Shown here: in pieces, positions 49,877 to 62,300 of the stretch | Numbering within the stretch: position 1 is the first letter of the stretch | Layout of the letters: every line of letters starts with the position of its first letter | Origin: Podarcis pityusensis | Lineage: Eukaryota | DNA: 64,000 nucleotides | NCBI GenBank assembly: GCA_964106645.2 | Contig: OZ067051.1 | Direction: 5' to 3' (one strand) | Program-made: the position numbers and the translations under genes | Notes under the pieces: model-generated | Told to the model about the DNA's origin: nothing | The model's database searches: none | Seen by the model: the letters and a program-made list of their open reading frames with translations, nothing else

Positions 49877-49936
49877 CCAAGGACTACGGGGATGGCAGTG
49901 GAGGTAATGAGTGAGCTGTTTTATGTTCTAAGTGTA

Positions 49937-50459
49937 CTGTATTTTTCGCTCTATAGGACGCACCAGACGATAAGACGCACCTAAGACGCAAGAAAAAAAA
50001 ATTCTGAATCCCAGAAGCCAGAACAGCAAGAGAGATCTGGCTTCTGGGATAGCCTCTTGCTGTTCTGGCTTCTGGGATAGCCACTGAAGCCTCTCCCGGG
50101 CAGCGGGATGAAGGCTCCCCCTGCCTGGAAGAGGCTGTGCGCAGGTAAGCTGCCCTCTGTACCTTCCCCCATCTCCCGCAAGAACCGCACGCTCTTTAAA
50201 GGGAGTGCGGTTCTTGGGGGCTTTTCTGGGAGGTGGGGGAAGGGACAGAGCCCCCCACTTCCCAGAAGAGCTCCCGCTGCCCTCCGGAGGCTTCACAGGC
50301 TGCCCCAGAAGCCAGAACAGCGAGGCGGAGCGCTGCGCAGCACTCCGTCTCGCTGTTCTGGCTTCTGGGGCAGCCCGTGAAGCCTCCGGAGGGCAGCACA
50401 CACATTTTCCCTTACTTTTTAGGAGGGAAAAAGTGCGTCTTATAGAGCGAAAAATACGG
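49937..50459. mobile_element. Tc2/pogo-like MITE in the 3' UTR of the HTH gene
   Basis: TIRs of about 27 bp, C(T/C)GTATTTTTCGCTCTATA(G/A)GACGCAC, with TA TSD and internal inverted repeats (CCCAGAAGCCAGAACAGC). Confidence 0.85.
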
Positions 50460-50765
50460 TATGTCTTTCGCACCTGGCTCCGGTTAGTAGATCTGCAGGT
50501 TCTAGGAAAACACACACACTAAATCCTGCAAGTCAAACTCGTATGGCAGGGGCTGTTGCAAAGTAAATGGGGTCAGAACATCCTTTGCATACCTGGTGCC
50601 CTCCAGGTGTTTAGGACTACAGTCACAGCCAGCATAGGGCAGCATGCTGGCAAAGGCTGGGTGTGAGCTGTGTCCCAGTTCTTTGTGGGATACCTTGCAC
50701 AGGATTGGTTGGGGAGTACCTTGTCCCTTATGACCTGTATCAAGGCCCTGTGCAACCACGTTCAG

Positions 50766-50771
50766 AATAAA
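50766..50771 (+). terminator. Poly(A) signal of the HTH/coiled-coil gene
   Basis: AATAAA followed by GU/U-rich sequence; a second AATAAA lies near 50855. Confidence 0.55.
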
Positions 50772-51875
50772 ATGGTCTATTTACACACGTGTGCCTTGTT
50801 TTCATAATTTGTTCTTTTCTTAAATTACTATTTTTAAATATAAACTTCACATCGCAATAAATTAAATATATCAAAAAGTGAAGACGGATTACAATGAGTG
50901 TTAAATTAATGTGGCTAGATTAGATATTTTCCCATGTTGGTTTTTGTTTTTTAAAAAATTACCATTGCAGAAAATACATGAGGATTTTGCTACAAGTTGT
51001 AGAACAGTGTTTATAAGTTTGGATCAAAACATACATAAAATGATAGTGTTCATAATTGTTATACAGAGAGGTTTTATTTTTGCACAGTTCAGATATGTAA
51101 ATACATCTGTTTTGGTTTAATTGCACCTCCAGCAATGTGTGTTTGGATTGTCATCACATTTCTGACTTCTGTTTTTAACCAGATTTTTCTTGAGAAGCCG
51201 TTCTGTACTTACCTGCGTTCTTGGAAACACAACAGGAACCTCACTTTCCCCTCGCTCTTGTCAATATACTGTGCCCTTAAGCAAAAAGGCACATGTTTTT
51301 GTCTAAGGCTTCTTCACCTTAATAAAACAGCACAAAGAAACTTAAGACAGGTTTTTACTGCCCAAAGCCAAATACCACTGCATCGTAGGGGTGTAGTAAA
51401 ATGCCACAAAACAAATCCACATGTGTCAAAAGGGCATGTAAAGCTGCAGTCTTATACACAATTAACCTGAGCACAATATCTATGGGGTACCACATAACAC
51501 TACCTCTGCCCTAAATGGGAGCCTATGCAGTTGGGCTATCTCTGGTACCATGGTACTAATAACACTGGTACATTCTATTTACCCCCCTCCCCAAGCTTCT
51601 GTAGGGACAACACAAATAATAAAGAGCAGTGCTTGCTCTTTGCAGTATGCATGATGCCCAAGCATGTGGAAGAGGGTGCCACTGGGACCCTGGCACCCAA
51701 ACAACCCCCTCCCCTGGCAAAATTATTATGGGAAGAAGTGTCCTTTTGTAGCCCATAGACTGGTTGTGTAAACTTGGTTGTTGTGCCCACAACAATGGTT
51801 TTTGTGGTTTGTAAATGCGCCTGTAGGTCCAAAAATGTGGCCATCACAGTACAGAAAGGCTTATCAGTGAAGTTA

Positions 51876-52199
51876 AAAGGTAAAGGGACCCCTGACCACT
51901 AGGTCCAGTCGTGGCCGACTCTAGGGTTGTGGCGCTCCTCTCGCTTTATTGGCCAAGGGAACCGGCATACAGCTTCCGGGTCATGTGGCCAGCATGACTA
52001 AGCCGCTTCTGGCAAACCAGAGCAGCGCACGGAAATGCCGTTTACCTTCCCGCCAAAGCAGTACCTATTTATCGACTTGCACTTTGACGTGCTTTTGAAC
52101 TGCAATGGGAGCTCACCCCGTTGCAGGGATTTGAACCACCGACCTTCTGATTGGCAAGTCCTAGGCTTTGTGGTTTAACCCACAGCGCCACCCGCGTCC
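51876..52199 (-). mobile_element. Sauria-type SINE, near full length
   Basis: Characteristic body and (ACCTTT) tail; 13-bp TSD ATCAGTGAAGTTA at 51863-51875 and 52200-52212. Confidence 0.85.
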
Positions 52200-53315
52200 A
52201 TCAGTGAAGTTAGTTGTTACTGAACCAGCAGAATGTTTCTGCAGCATAATAAACACCAGGTGCTGTAGTGGTGACCAGCAGAGGGCAGTAGCTGATCAAA
52301 ACACAGGACCCTCACTCTCTCAAGTCCCATGTGCGAATACAAGCACCATATAAAATCTTCAAGATAGAAACAAACAAACAAACAAACAAACAGGAAAACA
52401 CTGGTGCAAACTAGTGGCTCAAAAGAGGCCTATACAAAGCAGGGAATTACGGCGGTAAAGAAAAGGGATGGAGGAGACATGCATTTGGTGCCAAGTGTCG
52501 CAACTCTTCTTTGGTTTGCTTCTAGGGGAGAATGAAATGTTGCAACAGATAAACCCTTTCCTAAGGGTTTTTTGCCTCTGACTCAGCCATGGGAAGCTGC
52601 CTATCAAGACCGATCATTAGGTCATCTAGCTCACTACTGTCTACACTGGCGGGCAGTGACTCGCCAAGATTTCAGGCAGGGGTCTCGCCCAGCCCTAACT
52701 GGAGATGCCAGGGATTGAAACTGGGACGTTCTGCATGCTAAGATGTGCTCTACCCACAGCCCTTGCCACATACGAAATCAAACTCTCTGCCCATCTAGCC
52801 AAGTACTTTCTACTTTTGACTGGCAGCAGCCCTCCAGGTTCTTGGCAGATGCCTTTCACAGCACCTGATCTTTGGTCCTTTTAAACAGAAGATGCCATTG
52901 GTTCTAGCGCCACCTACTGTTGGCCCTCCCTACCTTCTGCCCTACCAGTCCCAATGGGGACCAGCCACCGCTGGAAGAGAATTATAACCCTGCGTACACA
53001 AAACAAAGCAAAATCAAGGTTTTGCACTATGAAAATCTGCAAAACACTCCCCTCCACACCAGATACACAAGAGCAGTGGGGAGATAAAGCAGAAAATGAC
53101 CTGGAAACACAAGTTTCATGCATCTCCCAGTAAGGATGGGAAGTAAACATACAACAACAATAAATAAACCCAGGGCTTTCAAACATCCAATGTTACATTC
53201 TTGGTCCATGTGTGCAATTGCTGGACAACCAGCACAGCTGCTTTTCAGAGGTTTTTGCTGCTTCTCATCAGTTACAGAAATAGCTTTTTCCTGGTGAAGG
53301 CTGTTCCCAGGAGAG

Positions 53316-56300
53316 TCAGAAGTCTGCCATAAACTCACAGCGGTCGTTCAGCTCAATGGTGGTGTAATTCTGAGGCCGTCTGGGGAGGAGGGGAAACACA
53401 CACAGACACCAGAGGAAATAAGTTAAAGGAAAGTGGCATGACTTTTATTTGTTTAATCGGACGGGGAAGCGACGCAAAGCAACCGTTAATTGCATTGCTT
53501 CACGTACAGTGCTTTCATTATTGCAAACCAGAACATTTTGTAACAAGGCTATGCATTTAGAAAAATACTTTCCTGGTTTTTGCTTACAGAGTCTGAACAC
53601 ACTGTAGATTCCAAATGGGTGGGGGTGTCAGTACAGCATGGAATTTATTCTTAGAATCAGAAAACTGTTAGTTAGAAGGGACTCAAAGAGTAATCTAATC
53701 CAACCCCCTGCAACTCAGGGTCTTGTTCCTGAATCGTAGAACAGGACCAACTCCATGTATGAAGGGGGCCTAATAAGCACCCCTATGTCTGCACAGATCC
53801 AAATATCAGCAGGCAGCCCTTTTTTTCCTCCTGTTTATTTATGGCTGGAAGTGGGGGCAGATGGGAGGGCTTGCTGCTAAAGAAGGATGCCACTGATGTT
53901 AGCTCAATGGCAGGGCATCTGCTTTGCATGCAGAAGGTCCCAGGTTCAATCCCTGGCATCTCCAGGTAAGACTAGGAGAGAGCACTGCTTGAAACCCTGG
54001 AGAGCGGCTGCCATCATTGCAGAGACAATATTGAGTTAGATGGAGTTGATAGAAGGCAGCTTCCCATGTCTGTCTGATGAGCATCAGGCAGCCACCCATA
54101 TGTTGTGGGACCACAACTCCCATCATCACCCTTGGCCTTTGGCCATGCCGGTTGGGGCTGATGGGAGCTGGAGTCCAGCTACATCTGCAGAACATCACAT
54201 TCGCAACCTCTGCATTCCCCATTTGGGCACAAAAATCACGATGTCTGTTGCATGCACCAAAAGCAGCAGGGTGGGGGGGATGTGTCAGGAAGGGCCGCTT
54301 TGCAGCTGCTTAAGGGTGGTGCCTGCTGATGCTGAACTTGAGGCAAGGACCAAGGCTGAGCAAGAGAATGATAGCATTGCGGTGGAGAATTGGGGAAGTC
54401 AGTTCGTTGCACAAGAGCATCAAATCCACTTTAATTGCACAACCTGCATTTGCCGGTATGTGATTTGAATCCACCCCAAAGCAGCAGCAATTTGGAAGCA
54501 TCTTCAATGGGATGCCAATGGAAGGATTTTACTGTTGCTATTTGCTGTGCAGATGCATCTATTTTTCCCCACACTTGCATTCCCCGCCCCCCCGGTTGAT
54601 AGCAGAGGAGGAAAGTGTTAAACCTTTCCTCCTGCTGCATTGTGGTCCCTATTTGGAACAACACAAACAGAGAGTTGTACCCAATGTTAGTCCTACTCAG
54701 AGTAGACCCATTAAAAATGCTTATTTATTATACCCCCCCCCCTTCATCCTAAGATCCCAGGACGGGTTACATCATTAAAACACAAGACTAAAAACAGTCT
54801 AAAACAAGTTCCAAACATAAAAAAGAAAGTGGCTTCTAAAACTATACACCTCAAGTGTCAAAAGCCGGGGGTAAAGAGATGCCTTGTCAGCATTCACCAG
54901 AAGCTGCACAATGAAGGTGCCAGACACACCTCTGTGGGGAGGGAGTTCCACAGCTTAGGGGCCACCACAGAGAAGGCCCTCTCCCGCACTGCTGCCTCAG
55001 CACCTGAGAGGGTCTGTAGGGAAGGAGGTGGTCCTTCAGATATTTGAGGCCTGAGTCATTTAGTCATTAAGACATAGTCCACTTATTATCATTAATTTCA
55101 ACGGGCCGACTCTGAGGAGGACTTAGTTGGATACACCGCGGAGCTTCAATTTCTTTGAAGACAAACGAACACCTGATATCGCTTCAAACATTGGATTTAA
55201 AGTAATATAGAGTTAGACCCTTATACACAGAAAGCTTTAAAGCATTTCATTTCCTGAAACAGGCTGAGTAGAAGGAGACTTGCCATGCTAGAGTCTGAAA
55301 AACCCTGCTGTAGACAGACAAAATAAAGCAACACAGCAAAAACAGACACACAAAGGGGTGGAGGAAACGGGAACTTGAGTTGTGGGGAAGCTTGTTGAAA
55401 AGCCCCTTCGGGTTTTTTAGCTTAGTTAAATCGTTTTAAGCAGCTACTGGAACATGCTTGAATTTCCAAGTGAGGAAGCAGAAAGTTGCATGAAGCAAAA
55501 TGGGATGTGGGGAGGACCATTAGGATGGATTCTGCGTAATGCACACAAACTTCCCTTGTAAATTCACATAAAGAGAACCCTACCATAAAGGAGTGTGACA
55601 TTATAACTAACTGAGGCTAACACGTTTGTTAGGGGAACTGTAAAACAAACACACTCTGTACTCCTGAGGAATTAGTTTGTAACAGAGTACATGGAGAACA
55701 CAGAGTGCTTTGTTTCACGTTTTTAAGCAAAACATGTTAGGCTTAATAAATTACAATTTACTGCACTGAAGATTTGAGGAACTCTTCTTGTTCCTTCTTA
55801 GCTGATTCTTCTTTTTCTCCCTCCTTTTCTTTCACAAACAGCTAGGCAATGGCTGCCTCTGGATGGTCATATCTCAGCTTAATAAAGCAAGACAGGAATG
55901 AGCTTTGTGCCCTTGCATTCAAGAGACCTCCTGTTTTCTCCGAACCAAGAAACTATGGTTACCACCTTCAGAACAAGCCAGGATCTTAGATTAACTTCTA
56001 ACCATGGTTTAAACTCCTGGCTTGCTCTAAAGCTAGGAACCATTGTTTCCTGAAGAATCAGGAAACAATGGCCAATTGGAGACTTCTGCATCGCGTTCAG
56101 GTGTGCCACAAAGGAAGGAGAGAAGAGGCTACATTCCGGGGCACATGGCTTATTCAGATCATTAGAACCGGGCCATTAACATAGTAGGTCCAATGTAAAT
56201 TTATCTTTGCTATTATTATTTTACTGCTTTTATACAGCAACTCCACTTTCTGGATGACTCACTAAGCAAAAAATGAAAATGAAAATTGTAATGCAACATT

Positions 56301-59300
56301 AAAATATAGTATAAAATGATAAGAACTAAAACATATTGGAAAGCAATTTTAAATTAATTTTTTAATTGAGCCTGCCTCAATTTCATGGCTTTCCGGTGCC
56401 AGGAAGAATGAGTGCCAATTACCCACTTTTACAGTCCACAATTCACCCTTCTAGGTGGTCTCTAGTTGATCTCCCAAGCACTAGGAGAGCAGACGGGTAG
56501 GAGGGCTGTGTATGGCAGAGTAAGAACTGCAGTGGAGTTTCAATCTGGTTTGTTAGACCCTCCAAAATATGCAGGGGGCTGAGGCAAAGGCTGGCACACA
56601 AACCAGAAAGCAGAACTGCCGTTGCTCCTTACCTTTTGATGCAATAGAAAGCTGTTCCAGCTAAAAGAAGTACAAGAAAGATGGACCCCACAACAATGAG
56701 AGCAATCTCCCAGGCTTGAAATGAAGCTAAGAAAAAAAGAAAAGGAGGGGGAATAATTATTATCAGTCTGTCTTGGTGAGCTCCCTACAGCTTTGGAGAT
56801 AGCTTTCTAGAGACAGGTTCAAGAGACAGGTTCAATTTCAGGCATCTCAACAGAGCGCCACTGCCGAACAGTGCAGACATTACTACCTCCTCTAAAAAAT
56901 GTCTTTATTAAAGGTTTTTAAACAATAAAACGATTCAAACCCAACATAATCTTTACCTTTACATACATAAAGGTAAAGTACATATAAATTTATATATTTA
57001 ATATATTTTCCTGCTACACCACAATGATCACTAAGCAACACGACCTACAGGTGAATTTACATCCTCATTGTCATTTGGCGCATGCAGGTAGGAGAGAATC
57101 TACGCAGAATAGATTCTATTCCTTCCAAAGTATGCAATGAGGATAAACTGTTCATCTATGTATCTTCCCTCCCACCCACCTCTGCCTCCCAACACGATAT
57201 TTGGAATGTTTTGATTGTTTTGTATTAGTTAGCTTGTTTTAATGTTCTGTCAGTATTATTGAATTTTAAAGTCAAACAAAATAATTTGGGCGCCTCTCGT
57301 GTCGCCACTTCCTCGCAGCCATTTGGGCCGTTTCCCCATCCGCTCACCCTGAGACCTCTGCGCTGTTTTTCCCAGAGATGCACATGCAGCGTTTGCTTTG
57401 AGGGGCTTCCCGTCCACGGCAAAGGGGTGGGGACTTGAGGAAAAGTGAGAATGCCACTGAACGAGGCGCTGACGCTGTTCAGGTGACCTGGCCCACACTT
57501 GGCCAGAGACTTTCAGGGTGGAATTAAGGCAGGTGAACGTAACCCCTATATGGAAAGACAAAAAAGAGGAGCGGGGGTCTGGTTCAGTTCAGAAGTACCA
57601 AAGGGAGAGCGGGGGGCGGGGTTATATAGCATCAAACCAAACCTAGGATAGGGCTGTAACAGAAAGACAAGGTTGTATGAAAGAGGAGTTTCTACAGATA
57701 CAGTGGTACCTTGGGTTACATACGCTTCAGGTTACATTTGCTTCAGGTTACAGACTCCGCTAACCCAGAAATAGTACCTCGGATTAAGAACTTTGCTTCA
57801 GGATGAGAACAGAAATTGCGGGGCAGCGGCGCAACGGCAGTGGGAGGCCTCATTAGCTAAAGTGGTACTTCAGGTTAAGAACAGTTTCAGGTTAAGAACG
57901 GACCTCCGGAACGTATTAAGTTCTTAACCCGAGGTACCACTGTATACATAAACACCAAGATCCTTTGCCCCTGCTTCACTCCTCTTCAGATTTTTATTTT
58001 ATTTGTTTTTACACCTTTCTTCTAAGGAGTTCTATTTTTATCTTCACCATTTTTACCCTCACAACGATCTTGTGGGGTAGGTTAAACTGAGAGCTATTGG
58101 GCTGGCTCAAAATCACCTGGTGAGTGTCATGGCTGAGTGGGTCTCCCATGTCCTAGTCAAGCATTACACCACACTAGCTCTCAATATTTCCTATTTCAGT
58201 AAGTTGCACGCTTTATTGGATGCGAGTTGTTGTTGTTACATTTCTATCCCACTTCCACTCCCCCAAAGAGCTCAAGGTAGCATACACAGCGCTCTCTTTC
58301 TCTCAATTTTATCTTCACAACAACCCTGTGAGGTAGGCTAGGCTGCGAGACAGTCACTGACTGAAGGTAATTAAGCAAGCTTCATGGCTGAGGGGATTTG
58401 GACCCTGGTCTCCCAGGCCCTAATCCAACACTCTAACCACTACTTTACACTGGCTCCAGGTGACTCGTATACCTGCCTCCATTGTAAATGCTGATTTTGT
58501 CTGCAGTTTCCTCACAATTCCGATGGACTGTCTGCTTTGTTTGGTCTGTTTAAAGCGCCATTTGTACAATTGGAGCTGCATCTGCACCATACATTTAAAG
58601 CACTTGAACTGCTCCCCCCCTCCAAAGCATTCTGGGAATTGTAGTTTGCTAAGGGTGCAAAGCATTGTTAGGCGACCCTAAAATACCGAAGCTGAAAAGA
58701 GCAGCATAAAACGCTTCAGGCCAGCAAACCAAACCACAAAATCAAATGTATCACAATTCAAATAAATAAATAAATAAATAAATAAATAAATGCGGATTTA
58801 AAATAGCAGTATCAATTTAAAATCCATCCGGTTTTCTTTACCCAAGGGTAGATTTAAATACAAAAGTCTATTAAGCCTCCTCTAAAAGAAAGCAGGGAGG
58901 AAAACAAAAACACCTCTCAAAGGAGATATGTGAAAATTAATTATACAAGGGAAGGGGAACCGTTGGCCCTCCAGAGGTTGCTGAACTATAACTCCCATAA
59001 GCCCCAGCAAGCAGGACCAGGGATGATGGGAGTTGAAGTTCATCTGGAGGGCTAAGGGTTCTCCACACCTGACTCATATAAACTTTGTGAGCTGCAGCAA
59101 GACTGTACCTCCCCAACAGCTGTCTCTACTAGGCAGCTAACAAATCTTAAGTTCCTATGGAAGTTGGATGATGTTTTGACACAGACCGTGTAGATAGCAT
59201 TGGCAGATGCCACAGAAGCAGCTCTCCTCCATGGATCTCACTAATGCTTGCTGGAGACTTGCCAACATCTGTGGGTTCTGAGGCCACATGGAACAATCTG

Positions 59301-62300
59301 CCAGGAGGAGGAGGAGGAATTAAGAGATATTGAGCCAATCCCCTTTGCAACAACGTGGTTCATGCAAAACACACAGCAGAGAGAGTCCATGCTCTTTTCT
59401 TTACTTTTCTTTAAAAAAAAAACAATTTTTAAAACAAATATTTCTTTATTAAACATTTCTAAGGTACAAATTTAAAATTAAACAAATGCAAAGGGTGTGT
59501 TATGAACATAACAGACATAGGACAGCAGTCTTAACATTTCCCTCCCCCTTTATGTTTTCTTTACAGGGTTTCTTTACAAAGTTTTTTATTCATCGTCACA
59601 ACCACCCTGAGAGGTGGGTTAGGCTGAGAGGTAACAACTGGCCCAAGTTCACCCAGTAAGCTTCATAGTTGAATGGCGATTTGAACCCTGGTCCCCCATG
59701 CCCTAGTGTGACACTGTGGCCACATTGGCTCTCCAGAATACACTGCCTGTTCTTTTGTTTGGAGGTCAGCAGCATCCTAAATCACCTTTCCACTCTCACA
59801 AGAAAAAGAAGATAAGCTTCTCTTACTGGGGGTCAGCAGGCAGATTTCAAGATTCAGGAAGAGAGATTCCTGTGGGCAGTGATTCTCCAAGGCAGGAGTG
59901 GGGTCAGAGACTGCATAGATTTTGCCGCAGGAGGGACAGCGGCTCAAGGACAGCGGTCTGCAAAAGAAACAGAAAATCAACGAGCGTTCCCCATGGGATT
60001 TCAAAAACATATACATTTATTTCAACTTGGCATCAATTTATTGCATATGTTAAAGAAAAACAACATAATCAACAACCTTCCCCCTTCTACTTCATAAAAT
60101 CATAGATCTATAGATTTGGAAGGGACCTCGGGGGGCAGCTAGTCCAACCCCCTGCAATGCAGGAATCAAAGCTAAATAATCCCTGACATATGGCCATACA
60201 ACCTCTGCTTGTTATTTGAATCCTTTGGTTCGCATCCTACCTTCTGGAGCAGCAGGAAACAAGCTTGGCCCATCTCCTGTGTGACAGCCCTTCCCATACT
60301 GAAGATGGCTACCATACCACCTCTCATTCTTCTCTTCTCCAGGCAAAGCATATCAAACTCCCTTGGTTTCCAGACACTTTATCATCTTGGTTACCTTCCT
60401 CTGTACCCTTTGCCGCTTGTCAATATCCTTCTTTAACTGCGGTGCCCAGAACTGGACACATAAATAAGTCACCTGGAAGTGAACCTAGCTTCCTTTTCCA
60501 TGAAAAGTGACTTCTTGTTACATGCCAACCAGAAGCCAGGGGTTGGAACAAACATTCAGGAATTGTGGAAAAGGAAATTAACTCTGGCTGTGCAGGGGGA
60601 GGGTAGGACTGCCTGCAAGCCTGAGGATTTGTGTGGGGTCCTTTCTGCTCATGCATGTAGTGGTAAACCATGGTTTAGTGTTACATGTGTGAACACAGCC
60701 ATACTCTCTCCTCTTGTCCTTCTTTAAGTCTGTCTCTCTCCAGGTCCATAATTCCTCTCTATGATCAGGACCTCCTTTTGGCTCTTTATTGTTAAGAGAT
60801 AAAGCTAACTTCACATGCTAACCAATTGGAGGTCCCATAGATAGCATGATGAAGTCACAACAGGATGCAGCCAATTATATTTTGATATACAGTGGTACTT
60901 CTGGTTACATATTTAATTCGTTCCGGAGGTCCATTCTTAACCTGAAACTATTCTTAACCTGAGGTACCACTTTAGATAATGGGGCCTCCCACTGCCACCG
61001 TCGTGCGATTTCTGTTCTCATCCTGAGGTAAAGTTCTTAACCCAAGGTACTACTTCCGGGTTAACGGAGTCTGTAACCCGAAGTGTTTGTAACCCGAGGT
61101 ACCACTGTACAATAATGTCAGAAAGCAAGTTCTGAATAATGACTCGGTAGAGCCTTTTGCCCCTGTTCACAGCCCTTCCCCATAGCCAAAAGGAAGAGAG
61201 GACACTTTTTAAAATGTTTTTTTTGAAAGAGCACTCCCAATATTGGGATAGAAATGCAATAAACCTCACCTGCCTCCTTCCCTAGATACAAAGTGGATCG
61301 GTTCAGAAAGACGAGGATGAGCTTGGCTTGCACCCGTCTCCCATGTATAAACTGCAACATCTTTGAGGTGCTCCTCCATAGTGCCATTAAGAGCATGCCT
61401 GGAGAGTGCCACAGAATGGGTCACTTCTTGCAAGGAGGGATTGCTCCAAACAGAGGGCATCACTCGTTGCTCTGGAAACACAGATGGTATAAACACAGTC
61501 AAAACCAAGGAATGTGTGAGTCTTCTCCTTCCTGCTTCTTGACAACTGAAGAGTTAGGTGGAGAACCTGCGGCTCTCCAGATGTTCAAAATGGCCTCTAC
61601 CCTTTGGCCAACACGCATCTCTAGCTTGCAAAGTATGCCGCCACATCCACACGTGCATGAGAGATGAGAAAGGGTCATAGTGAAGTGTTCTATCCCTGGC
61701 ATCTCCTGGTAGGACTGGGAAAAGACTCTTGTCCAAAACCCTGGAGAGCCGTTGCCAATTAGTGTTGACAATGCTGAGCTAGAGGGACCAACGATCTGAC
61801 TCAATACAGTCAAATCTCACTTCCCAAGCACCTCCATTTTGGAACATTTCAGCTCCTGAACCCCGGAAACCTGGAAGTATTCCGGTTTTCAAACGTTTAT
61901 CGGAAGCCAAGCATCCAACGTGGCTTCTGCTTGAGTGCAGGAAGCTCCTGCAACCAACAGGAAGCCACACCTCAGTTGTCGAACATTTTGGAAGCCGAAC
62001 AGGCTTCTGGAATAGAAGACGTTCGACAACCAAGGTTTGACTGTATAAGGCAGATTCCTAAGTGTGAGGAAGGCCTCATCTGCCCTCTACATTTAAAGCA
62101 CCATCGTAGCACTTTACACAGCCGCAACTTCCTCCAAGGAATCTTGGAAACTGTAGTTTGTTAAGGGTGCTGAGAAAGACTAGGAGACCCCTATTCCCCT
62201 CACACAGAGCTGCAACTCCCAGAGTGGCTTAACAATAAATTACCCTTCTTAAGGAACTCTGTGAGGGAAATAGGGGTCTCCTAACAACTCTCAGCACTCT

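Noticed and set aside
49928-50522. Overlapping 70-195 aa ORFs on both strands
   Set aside because: They arise from the GC-rich palindromic MITE and show no transposase motifs.
53898-53965. tRNA gene
   Set aside because: A and B boxes are present, but the sequence continues into a SINE body that has other copies in the window.
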